Below, in pieces: positions 26,074 to 36,457 of a stretch of DNA of 64,000 nt. How positions within the stretch are numbered: the first letter of the stretch is position 1; each line of letters opens with the position of its first letter. The notes under the pieces are model-generated. The model was not told where the DNA came from. It searched no databases and worked only from the letters and a program-made list of their open reading frames with translations. The DNA comes from Utricularia gibba (Eukaryota; Plantae; Magnoliophyta), in NCBI GenBank assembly GCA_002189035.1, contig NEEC01000004.1, positions 5,456,001-5,520,000 on the forward strand, read 5' to 3'. The position numbers and the translations under genes are program-made.

Positions 26074-28518
26074 ATGATGGATAGCAAGAAAATCATAGCT
26101 ATATGCCAGTCTGGTGGAGAGTTTGTGACGAACAAGGACGATGGTTCTTTGTTTTATACTGGGGGAGAAGCATATGCTCTGGACATTGACCAGCATACGA
26201 TGCTCAAAGACTTCAAGATTGAACTTGCAGATACTTTTCAATTCAGTGCAGATGCCATGGCAATCAAGTATTTTCTGCCGGGGAACAGAAAAACCCTTAT
26301 TACCATATCTAAGGATAAAGATCTCAAACGCATGATTAACTTCTTCAGGGATTCTGATCAGGTAGAGGTTTTTATAATTTCCGAAGAAGCTGCTGCACGT
26401 AATGTGTCCACCATGCCTGCCAGCAGGTATTCACCATAGTGCTGATCTGTGAAAATCTTAAGCCCTTTGTGATTGTTGTTCCACTCTTATTAACGTGAAT
26501 GCCAGCAACCTCTAGTAAATTGATGACTTTAGAAGCCTATGTAAGATTTATCAAGCTGTGTCTTTGGTTTTCTAGTTATACAAAATACTTAATTAAGTTG
26601 GTGATAGTGGAATGGGCTGTATTTTTTTATATGTTGGTTTGCTAAGCCTTTTGATCGCACAGGTCAAGCAGGACCACCATGTCCGAAGCAGCAAATCCTT
26701 CTGATATTCCTCTGGATGTCATGAAGACTGCTGTCTCCGATGAGCCTCTCGAAACCACAGCACTCAGTGTTTTCACCAATAGCAATAAGAATCGGAGAGC
26801 AGCAGCTCAGTGGGAGAATATTATTACAGGCGTCGATCAAAGATTTAATACCTTTGCAGAATTTCGTGAAGCTCTCCACAAATACTCCATAGCTCATGGA
26901 TTCACCTACAAGTATAAGAAAAATGATAGCCATCGTGTCACTGCTAAGTGCAAAACAGAGGGCTGTCCATGGCGCATATACGCTTCCAGGTTGGCTACTA
27001 CCCAATTAATATGTATAAAAAAATGGAACCCAGAGCATACATGTGAAGGAGCTGCTGTTAAGGCTGGTTATAGGGCCACTAGGGGCTGGATTGGAAGTAT
27101 CATCAAGGAGAAGCTAAAAGTTTCCCCTAATTATAAGCCAAAGGATATTGCCAGTGATATAAAGCGAGATTATGGCATTCAGTTGAACTATACTCAAGCA
27201 TGGCGTGCTAAGGAGATTGCCAGAGAGCAACTTCAGGGCTCTTATAAGGAGGCATACTCGCAGCTTCCATTTTTTTGTGAGAAGATAATTGAATCTAATC
27301 CTGGAAGTCTTGCAACGTTTGAGACCAAGGAAAATTCAAGTTTTCGCAGTTTTTTATATCATTCCATGCATGTATATGGGTTTCCACCAATGTCGCCCCC
27401 TGCTTTTTATTGACAGCACTCTTCTTTACTCCAAATATCAAGGAACTTTATTGGCTGCTACAGCTGCTGATGGGAATGATGATTTTCTTCCTGTGGCTTT
27501 TGCTGTGGTTGATGAGGAAACTGAAGACAACTGGCATTGGTTTTTGATGCAATTAAAATCTGCTATTCCTACCACAGAGCAAATTACCTTTGTATCTGAT
27601 TTTCAGAAAGGAATTAAGGAGTCCTTGATCAGCATATTTGGGGAGGACTGCTATCACGGTTACTGCTTGCGTTGTCTCGCTGAGAAACTTAATAAGGATC
27701 TGAAGGGACAGTTTTCTCATGATGCCCGACGGCTCATGGTTCAAGATTTTTATGCTGCTGCATATGCATCAAAAGTGGAGGTGTTTGATAGATGCCTTGA
27801 GAACATCAAAGTTATTTCAGCTGAGGCATTTAATTGGGTCGCAAACAGTGAACCAGATCACTGGGCGAATGTCTATTTTAATGGGGCTAGATACAACCAT
27901 ATGACTGCCAACTTTGGTCAGCGGTTCTACAGTTGGGTGTCTGAGGTGGATGAGCTGCCCATAACCCAAATGGTTGATGTTTTGCGTGAAAAAATTATGG
28001 AATTGATCTACAGGCGGCGGCTTGAATCCAATGAATGGGTGACAAGATTGACACCTTCTATGGAGGATAAACTTCAGCATGAGATTGAAAAAGCCCAATC
28101 ACTACAAATACTAAGCTCACATGGCAACACTTTTGAGGTCTGTGGAGAGTCGGTGGAGGTGGTTGATATTGATCAATGGGACTGTAGTTGCAAAGGCTGG
28201 CGCCTCAGTGGTCTGCCTTGCTGCCATGCTATTGCTGTTATTGAATGTCTTGGGCGCGACATTTATGATTATTGCGCCAGGTTCTTTACAACTGAAGGTT
28301 ACCGCTTGACATATGCAGAATCTATTAACCCAGTCCAAAATGTAGAGAAACCGGAGAAATGTGAACTTCCAGTTTCAACAATTGTCACTCCTCCTCCTAC
28401 TAAACGCCCTCCAGGCCGTCCAAAGTTGAAATTGGTGGAATCTGTTGATATAATTAAGCGGCAGCTTCAGTGCAGCAAGTGCAAGGGCCTGGGCCACAAC
28501 AAGAAAACCTGCAAGTAG
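26074..28518 (+). CDS. MUG: MUSTANG-B domesticated Mutator-like transposase (PB1 + MuDR + MULE DDE + SWIM + zinc knuckle); two frameshifts at ~27350-27380
   Basis: IIAICQSGGEF PB1 domain, YKKND, CPWRIYAS, RPLLFIDS, TFVSD, CSCKGWRLSGLPCCHAIAV (SWIM), QCSKCKGLGHNKKTC. No TIR or TSD seen. Confidence 0.9.
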
Positions 28519-29581
28519 GTTTCTTCTTTTATGTATCTTGATTGTAGGATTTCAGGCAAGCATTCTTTTGTCTGCAGTTTTCATGCAGACCGATTAAGTG
28601 CTGAGTTACAATTTATTTCCTGAAGGTTGAACAGGCCGGAGGAACCCGAGACTCCTGTTATGTTAAACATGATTGCTGATGAACCCGTTGGAAGTTCTTG
28701 ATCCTGGAATGCTGCAAGTGCTCTCCTCTTAGTCGTGCATGGCTGGCGTTTGTTGTCATCCCAGTGACTGTAGAAGAACCGCCTTTTACTCATCAGACTT
28801 TCTGTGATGTGTTTTTCTGTTCAGGCAGCCTAGACTTAGCCTCATGGGGTAGAAGTAAAGTGACCTGTGTGTTTTGGGGGTGTGGTGTTTAGCTGTAGGA
28901 GTAAGCGTCGAAGAATGGACTACACTTGTGAAATATAGTTTTGGGAATGGACTTGATCTCACCTCACTGACACAACCCTTTCCTTGCACCTTGAACTCCA
29001 AAAACGGTTATACTGTATTCAAAAGGTTCGTCACTGAATTGGGTCGAAAGACACTGTCGTCCCGATCTCTCTTCTTACTGTAGATTGGCTTCCAGATCAT
29101 GTCGGATATGCTTTAGTACTGTGAATCCACTCATTTTCTCAGTTCCCTTTACTTTTCGCTGGTAATGAGTTTTTAGCCTGAGGATTCCAGCGTGCCATCA
29201 GACTGGGTTTCCCCTGGTTCGTGGGTCGCATCTGGTGGTTGGGCCAGGCTCAAATACATACACATGCGGCTGGGCTATGGCTCAGTTCCTGCGTTTGTGA
29301 CAGGCTTTCAATTCTAGATATGGAACGATTCAGCGAGCATTCTGTAGTGTCGTACGGGATGGGCGTTGGGTTGATCTTTTTCCGATGTGGTATAATTTTA
29401 ATGTGGGAAGAAAACTGTGTGTGCCAAGTGCCATTTGCAGAAGGCATGAGTGATGATGATAAACCTGTTAGATTCCATACATTTGTCTTTTTAGCCAAGT
29501 CTGGCGCAGAGACTCTCCCTGCACCAACTACAACTACATCAGCAAAAGAGACGACGACATGGATGGCTTGCGCAGCCACAG

Positions 29582-29605
29582 CAGCTCATGAGGAGGGATA
29601 GACAA
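29582..29605 (-). promoter_or_regulatory. 3' miR390 target site of TAS3 carrying a 3-nt insertion
   Basis: Minus strand TTGTCTATCCCTCCT-cat-GAGCTG versus the canonical CTTGTCTATCCCTCCTGAGCTG. Confidence 0.9.
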
Positions 29606-29700
29606 GGAAGGAGAAGGTGGGATGGGAGGAAGAGACACAGACACCACGCACGCCAATGCATCCCCAAACCAGATGCCAACGCCAAAACGCCTCGTAAAAC

Positions 29701-29742
29701 CGGGTCTTACAAGGTCAAGAAAAGGTCTTACAAGGTCAAGAA
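29701..29742 (-). ncRNA. Tandem tasiR-ARF 21-mers (target ARF2/3/4)
   Basis: Two near-identical 21-nt canonical tasiR-ARF sequences, 29742-29722 and 29721-29701. Confidence 0.97.
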
Positions 29743-29779
29743 CACAACACAACACAACACACACACGAAATCACAACGG

Positions 29780-29800
29780 AAGCTCAGGCCGGATAGCACC
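29780..29800 (-). promoter_or_regulatory. 5' miR390 target site of TAS3 (non-cleavable type)
   Basis: GGTGCTATCCGGCCTGAGCTT pairs with miR390 (AAGCUCAGGAGGGAUAGCGCC) except for mismatches opposite nt 10-11 and a G:U at nt 19. Confidence 0.92.
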
Positions 29801-29808
29801 GCCATCGA

Positions 29809-29922
29809 TCACGCCTCGAAAGGAACGCCGCCGAGGCCGACGGATTCCCCTGAGACTAGGGGATGCTCCTCTTCAGACGCCGCCCTCATCATCGCTGGAG
29901 GAGGTTCGGCCACACGCTTCAT
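29809..29922 (-). CDS. TAS3 short ORF (37 aa) ending just upstream of the 5' miR390 site
   Basis: MKRVAEPPPAMMRAASEEEHPLVSGESVGLGGVPFEA*. It is the first ATG after the putative TATA and its stop lies 8 nt before the miR390 site, the known arrangement of TAS3 sORFs. Confidence 0.5.
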   Translation of the reverse strand: MKRVAEPPPAMMRAASEEEHPLVSGESVGLGGVPFEA

Positions 29923-31382
29923 TGTGCGCAGCAGGAGAGCAACTGGGAGTTGGGAGCTGAGAAGGCCAAGGATTGGGCCATATAAATTGTATGGTGGGGT
30001 GTACGGACCATACACACAAAAAAAAACACCATGTGGCTGGTCTGGTCCTCAAAATGGCCGTGGTGACTGACCCTGCTGCCCATTTCAGACAAGGTTTCGA
30101 GTAAATTCAGGCAAAATCATCAAATCTAGACGCCCGTTTCAGTAACTGATCATCAATCCATAGGGGACCATCGAAGAAGCTATTTATGTCTTTCCACACA
30201 CATTGGCTCCATCCATGAGATGAGACTTCATGTGCCAAGGTGAAAACTATAGTCTTCTCATACTGAACACACAAGTACATAACGCAAAACCTCTTCATGA
30301 CTCGACTCCGAGTATGCGCATCCTCATCCCTGACGCCCCTGGTGCAACACTAACACTGCAATCAAACACTCAGAAGCGTATGCGTCTCGATTTGATTCAC
30401 ATGTTTAACCACCCCAAAGATCCCAACAGGATCCCTCTGGACTCCCCCCGCTGTGGTCCTGTTCACTTGCTGGATAAATTATTTAACACTTCAATGAAAC
30501 AAGAAGACACAGGCAAAACAAACCTACAGTAGCCATGATTGCTGTGCCTTACTTCCGCTTGCTTATCTGCTGCTGCATTCATGGTTCCAACACAAATAAA
30601 CGAGACCATAGAGACTGATTCCTTGTTACTTGTTCTGCTACACACGAGACCGCATCCAATCATGCTCCCAACCCATGTACGCGCATAATAGCAACCTGTT
30701 CCTGTTGCTGTGAAGCCAAAAGTTATAAATGGAAGGCAGCGATGGAGGGATGCCCTCATGCCAGAACCTCAGTCACTGTATTTGTATGGTAACATAGGCT
30801 CTGAAAGTGATGCATGTATGTGTCTGCTCCTTCGCCATTGCCCACCCACTATACGACTATGCCAATTTTTATTATTTTATTACTCCTGGATATATTTATA
30901 AATAGAAAGGTGGTCCAATGAATAAACTTTAAACATCTTCTGCGGAAATAATTTTTTTTTAATAATTCCTTGGACCACACCCATCAATCGTCATTATTAA
31001 AATTATTGATTTTATATCATTTATGGTTATAAAAAAAGTGTTTACAGAAATAAACCAAGCTTTTCCCCCCTTTGTTCATCATGTCTCTTTGTTTAAAAGC
31101 GTTCTTGCAGCATTTAATGCCATTCCACCCAACCGAATTCTTTCTATTTATGGCCGGTCGGAAGCCCATATCGCGTATGTACGTGGTTTGGGCGAGGACG
31201 CCCAAATCGGACCAATAATATATGGGCCAGCGCTTCGGCCCAATCCATGCAACATTAGTTTCTGACCACATTTTCGCCACACAATTGCATTATAGGGGGG
31301 GACCGCAATTATTAGTGTTCGTATTAACAGCCTCATTTCCTTGAGAAATATTGCTAGTTAACTGCTTGGGCGTCGGTTGATC

Positions 31383-31583
31383 ATGTGCTTGGGGGTAGTG
31401 AGATGGTACTGGGCGGAGCTCCGGTGGCCGGATCTCAACTTTTCCTACTTCCTCAACTCCTTCCGGTGGCTGGAGGCGATCCCTGTGGACGATGCTTTGT
31501 GGGGTCTGATTTCAGCGGTTGAGTTTGTGGGTCTGGCGACTATGCTCTGCTGCTTCTTCCTATTCTGCGGATGTACCCTGTAA
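31383..31583 (+). CDS. Small (66 aa) plant transmembrane microprotein of unknown function
   Basis: MCLGVVRWYWAELRWPDLNFSY...VDDALWGLISAVEFVGLATMLCCFFLFCGCTL*. It resembles a family I recall ending MLCxFFLFCGCTx (not database-verified). The C-terminal segment is hydrophobic. Confidence 0.7.
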   Translation: MCLGVVRWYWAELRWPDLNFSYFLNSFRWLEAIPVDDALWGLISAVEFVGLATMLCCFFLFCGCTL

Positions 31584-32781
31584 ACTTTCCGACTTTTAAT
31601 TTGAGTCTTCACCTGTGTGCACCTGTTCAATTCTTCATCAGCTGTTTTTAATCTTGGTGTTAAGTTGATGGTGGATGCCAGAGCTGCAGCAGGTATCTAA
31701 CTTGATTGGGTGAAAAGCTGAAATCTCTATGAACCAAGTCCCTCTCAATCGTGTATATGATGATGAGTAGCTAACATGCCATGGATGTAGATGTTTTTGC
31801 CTTTCATTGGGTTGTGTGGGAAGTAGCAGGATCTATACAGTGTAAAATTGTGTCCATGGAATAGTTTCCAAGCCGCAACTCAAGGAAAAGCGAGCAGTAG
31901 CCGAGAAACAGGGGAGTTTCAGTGAACATGCAATTGTGGAAGAGCACCAGATTGCCTTGTGTAGGAGCAATGCAATTCACACAGGGAGAGTGCCAGCAGG
32001 ACGTGAGAGGAATAGCATGGTTTGAGCCAAAGAAACAAACAAACAAACGATGCTGGTAAAGTTGAATGCTGTTTCCACAAACAAAACTAGTGGCTAGCGC
32101 TGCAACTTTTCACATGGTGCTGTTTCTCTTGGGGGATTACTACTCCGCATCAAACAGCAAAGACAAACGAGCCTAATAAAATATATCAGTGGAGCCACTT
32201 GTACTACACTCGGTAACCGCAAAAACCGACGTACACTGATACTGTATCATGATCGACACTGCACCAGCATTCCATTCTGCTTGAGCAATACATGTCGAAG
32301 TCACAACAGGCTCGGGTTTCCTGCGCCTTCATATCGTGCTGTATTATCACTTTGTGTTGTTACAGGGAAGCGCTTTTTATGAAGCTTGTTCTTCGTAGCA
32401 CTTCCATTTCCAGTGCAGCTTATTTTTGCCATTTTGCACCTGTGTGTCGTCACTACATATGATTTAAGAATGCTCTCATGGGATATGCTGGTTAGGAGTG
32501 TATACGCACTGACCTTACTTCCCTAAGCTGTCTACATTTACATTTAGTTTCTCAATGATCGAACCCTTCGTCCTTCACTCAATCTTGAATCTGTTTCACA
32601 CTGTAAACGTCACGTTTTCTCTCGTAGTACAAGGATTGCATGCCAAGAGAAAACACACATTCCTCAAACTCCACCAAGGAACAAACCCATATGGAGCTTG
32701 TCGATGCCCCAAGTTCCCATATTTCGTTCTCCCGTGAATCCTACTTCATTCATGAAGATGCTGAATTAAATCTTTCGCCAA

Positions 32782-32795
32782 AAACCCTAACCCTA
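32782..32795 (+). promoter_or_regulatory. Telo-box / short interstitial telomere-like motif AAACCCTAACCCTA
   Basis: Read directly; a second telo-box TTAGGGTTT lies at 13729-13737 in the SWP73 leader. Confidence 0.5.
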
Positions 32796-33051
32796 GATGT
32801 CCAAACGAGTTTCCTGCGAAAAGGAAAGAATTGGACAGACGAATAACTGGGGGGAAAAAAGATATTCAACAGTCAACCGTTAAAATTCTTTTGAAAGGGT
32901 GAAGTGTAAATATCAGCTCATATTTTTACAAAGTAAACCCCAGGCTTAGCCTCGCACTAAAACCTCTGAAAACATCACTTAGGACATACTTTAACAACAC
33001 TAAAAATTGAACTAAAAATGGATTAACTCAACCTTAGAGTTTGTCTAATTA

Positions 33052-34596
33052 CTACACACTTGGGTCCTTCATAATCTTCGAAGGCAGCATGTCTTCAAGA
33101 AGCCCATGATCCCTCTCCATGGAAGAAGCAGGCGGGCGAAAGGGTCTTTCATGGAATGCTGGATTCCTGTCACTGAAACTCAACTGCGGATTGAGTGTGG
33201 GGATATAAGGTGGCACCCTCTGTTGAGTGGCATTTTTCATTTGCTGCTGAATATGGTGAGTTTGCGGCATCACCAGCTGAGACGAGGGGTACGCGCCTTC
33301 CCCGATTCGGCTGGCGGAGAAGGCGGCGGACTCCGACAGTAGGCCGAAGGCTCCTCGTGGCATAATGGGGCATGGATGTGTATGTGTACCTTCGTAGGTT
33401 GTAATGACGATGGATCGATCTTCGGAAGATCTTTCTACTCTTTTTTGACCCACAGGATGTACTGGTGCAGCGATAGTAGCTCCTACATTGTCACGAGGAG
33501 GAAATGCATCAACAACAACAAAAGAAAAAGAGGATCTTAGACGAGGAAAGTGTCAATGCTGGCTTCATGGATTTATCACGCATTGGAAAAATTAAACCAA
33601 CAAGATTTGACGAGATAATCAACTACTCTTTTGAATTTAAATTTCATGTAGAAATATCATCCACACCAGACGATGCGCTTCGAACAGTATACACTCACAC
33701 AGGAGGAATGCATCATTGTTTATTCTGGGGATGAAGCTACAACTACAAGAGTGAAGCTAAACTATGTGCGGGGGCGCCCATGTGAAGGGAAGAAGAAGAG
33801 AAGTAGGTCATAGATGAGAGTGTGAATGAGGGAGGGGGCCAACCAGTTTGTGTGTATGGTGTGTGAAAAGGAAAACATACCTAGGAAATGGACTGTTCTT
33901 CACTCCCTTTTGGCCGTACTTTCTCCATCTATAGCCATCATCGAGATGATCAACTTCGCTCTTGGTCATGAAAGCAAATCTCGGCTCCCTCTGCCGCTTC
34001 TGGTTCTTCTTCTTCACTCCCAGACTGAGCAAAGAGGGATCAACCGTAAACTAATAGGCACACACTCGGCCGGTCAAATCCCAAATTCATCCACTTTCCT
34101 TTTTTTTTTTTCCAAATCACGAAATAGTGTGTGTCTAGGAAAATACTAAAAAGAAGAAAAGAAAAACTCACAGTTTCTTGATCTTGTCTTGACTTTCATC
34201 TTCGTCGCCAGTGTTCCTCGTCTTCCGATCGCCTTCTCCGACTCCCTCATTTGTGGAAGAAGAAGCGGAGTTGGAAGAATTGGGAGTCGCCGGAGCGTTG
34301 AACACCTCCGAATATTCCGTCGCAGCGGAAACCGGCAGCTGCGGCGGCGGCTCCGGCAGAATCATATGGGTGGTAACATTCTGGAGCAGATCGTCGAATG
34401 TAGAGTGAGAAGAAGCAAAGTCGTGTGAACTCAGCATATCCAAGAACCCTAAAGATCCCTTGGTATCACGATCGCCATAAAAACTCCCTTCTTCGGCCAT
34501 GGAAAAGCTACTGGCTTCTGGGATCATCATCATCATCTGAATCTGATCCAACTCGGAAGAAAATTCATCTGAATTCTCCTTTCTCTTCTCATCCAT
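33052..34596 (-). CDS. Group IIc WRKY transcription factor (WRKY48/23-like), 3 exons
   Basis: [37 protein letters not shown] / [10 protein letters not shown]...HTH (C-X4-C, H-X-H). Confidence 0.94.
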
Positions 34597-35633
34597 GGCT
34601 GCCCCCTCCCCTTTTTTTATTTTATTATCATTCCATGGAAGAGTTGCTTTTATTCACTTCTGAATGAAAGGAACAGAACATGAGAAAGAGAAAGAGGGAG
34701 AGAGCGGATGGACTTCCCTTCCACAAGCCAGTAGAAGAAGTAGCTTTTTGTTTTGGAATATCGATACAATACTGAGAGAGATACACACACCGCAAAACCT
34801 GAATTTACCCTTTTCTCCCTCTCAACACACACACACACAAACACATCCTTATTTATTTATTTGCATATTTTGTATCCATTAAATGACTATAAATATGCAA
34901 TTTATGGATGCCTTGGGCAGACCATTCTAACTTGTTTTTCTTTTCTGTAAAAAAAAAGGGGTTGGGTTGGGTTGGAGTGGAAGGAAGTTCCCCACTTGTT
35001 CCTTCAACTATTTATTTACCTCTTTTACCGTGTATTATTACCGCACCCTAAAGGTCCACCATCCTAGCCACTAATTACATTAATCTAATCGCCCACTTTA
35101 ATTACCCCTTAACCCAAATCCTAAGACTTCACAATTCTACCCATTTAACGAGAGTGGAGACAGTGAAAAAGGAGGAAAATTACCGGGCTTTTTAAAGGGG
35201 AGAAAGAGCAAAGGGATGGATAGGTGTATAAATAGGGGGACGCATTGAATGTGAGGAGGCCAACGCCCATGAGGTGGTCCGCCCAATTTGTCCATGTTTT
35301 CATACCTTTCCCTTTGACCGCCGCCCTTCCCAGTGTGAACTGTGAACTGTGAATGAATGGGCGCTCAATCCCAGTCCAGTAATCCTACCATCCATCTATC
35401 TATCTCCTGCCTGCCTTGTGTGTTTTCTGTAATCATTTTGAGTGAATGCGTTTTAACAAGGTTTTCTGGTGCAGAGAAATGGGACGGGGTTTCTTAGAAA
35501 TACGAGTAGGAGGATCGAGTTTGGCTGTTTTGGTGCTAGGGGGACAGACATGTGCTGAGAGGAGGGGCCTGAGGTGTAGTACACAGTGCATGCAATAAGA
35601 GGGGGGCGAGTGGGGACGTTGTCTATGCACAGA

Positions 35634-35651
35634 GGGGGGGGGGGGGGGGGG
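35634..35651 (+). repeat. Poly-G tract (G18)
   Basis: Read directly from the sequence. Confidence 0.95.
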
Positions 35652-36438
35652 AGCCGAAGATTGAGAAGGCGGCCCCATCGGAGGAGGGAAGGAGGGAACC
35701 CCCCGGTCTGAAAAACCAGGTGGTCGCTTCTTCGAACCGCATCGCATTTAATTCGGTGATGACGATCGCTCCACGTCTTCGCAGCCCCACTCCCTCTCCC
35801 TCTCCTGGAGGGCGGACAGTCCCATTTGAACGCCCCACGATCACCGTTTCCCAACTGCGTTTAACCATTCCGGACCGTGATCAGATTCACGGGCGTCACT
35901 TGGAAGGTGGAAACCCACTGTATTCTTCTCTTTCTACTGCCGTCACGCACTCACTAGAAAGAATATCGTCCTCTTTGCTTACCAAGTTTTTTTTTCTTTT
36001 TTGAGAAAAATATATTATCCTTTTGATTTCATAGACCACCAAATCAAATAAAAAAAGGGGGAAATCTGCGGTCTGATGGATTGAATACAAAACAACATGG
36101 TTTTACATATGCAGTCAACTGTGGCTTCGAATTCCAATTGGGGTGTCGTGTGCCATGGAGTTGTTTGGAACAGATACTGAGATGGCATGACGAAGGGGTT
36201 GCATCCACGGCATACGTGCACCAGGAAACCATATGATAAGAATATGAACGTATCGAGTATACTCGTGTGAGTGGCATCGCACATTAAAGATCATTTAATC
36301 CAATGGCATCCTCCAATAAATACGCAAGATCCTGTATCTTTTGCGATCTTCCATTGCAACAATTGGAAAGATCGAGGGGAAGAGTTGCAAATAGTAGGGG
36401 ATTAGGTGTAGGTAGGGGATGGAATTGTCCTTTTTGAT

Positions 36439-36457
36439 CCCCCCCCCCCCCCCCCCC
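36439..36457 (+). repeat. Poly-C tract (C19)
   Basis: Read directly from the sequence. Confidence 0.95.

Larger units (their letters stand above)
29450..29950 (-). ncRNA. TAS3: TAS3 trans-acting siRNA locus, long form with two tasiR-ARFs (ends approximate)
   Basis: Minus strand carries TTCTTGACCTTGTAAGACCTT + TTCTTGACCTTGTAAGACCCG in tandem (29742-29701), flanked by two miR390 sites. TATA-like TTTATAT at ~29986-29980. Confidence 0.96.

Noticed and set aside
26074-28518. Active Mutator transposon
   Set aside because: No TIRs or TSD; the PB1 domain and conserved neighbours indicate a domesticated MUSTANG gene.
29221-30070. Several long ORFs (126, 109, 160, 112 aa) over the TAS3 region
   Set aside because: Low-complexity, stop-poor TAS3 sequence read in antisense or other frames; no protein similarity.
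31900-31985. H/ACA-like hairpin ending in ACA in the first putative 3' UTR intron
   Set aside because: No ANANNA H-box between the hairpins, and the ACA overlaps the splice acceptor.
35433-36004. Pro/Gly-rich ORFs in the WRKY upstream region
   Set aside because: Produced by the G-rich low-complexity tract; no domain or consistent splice structure.
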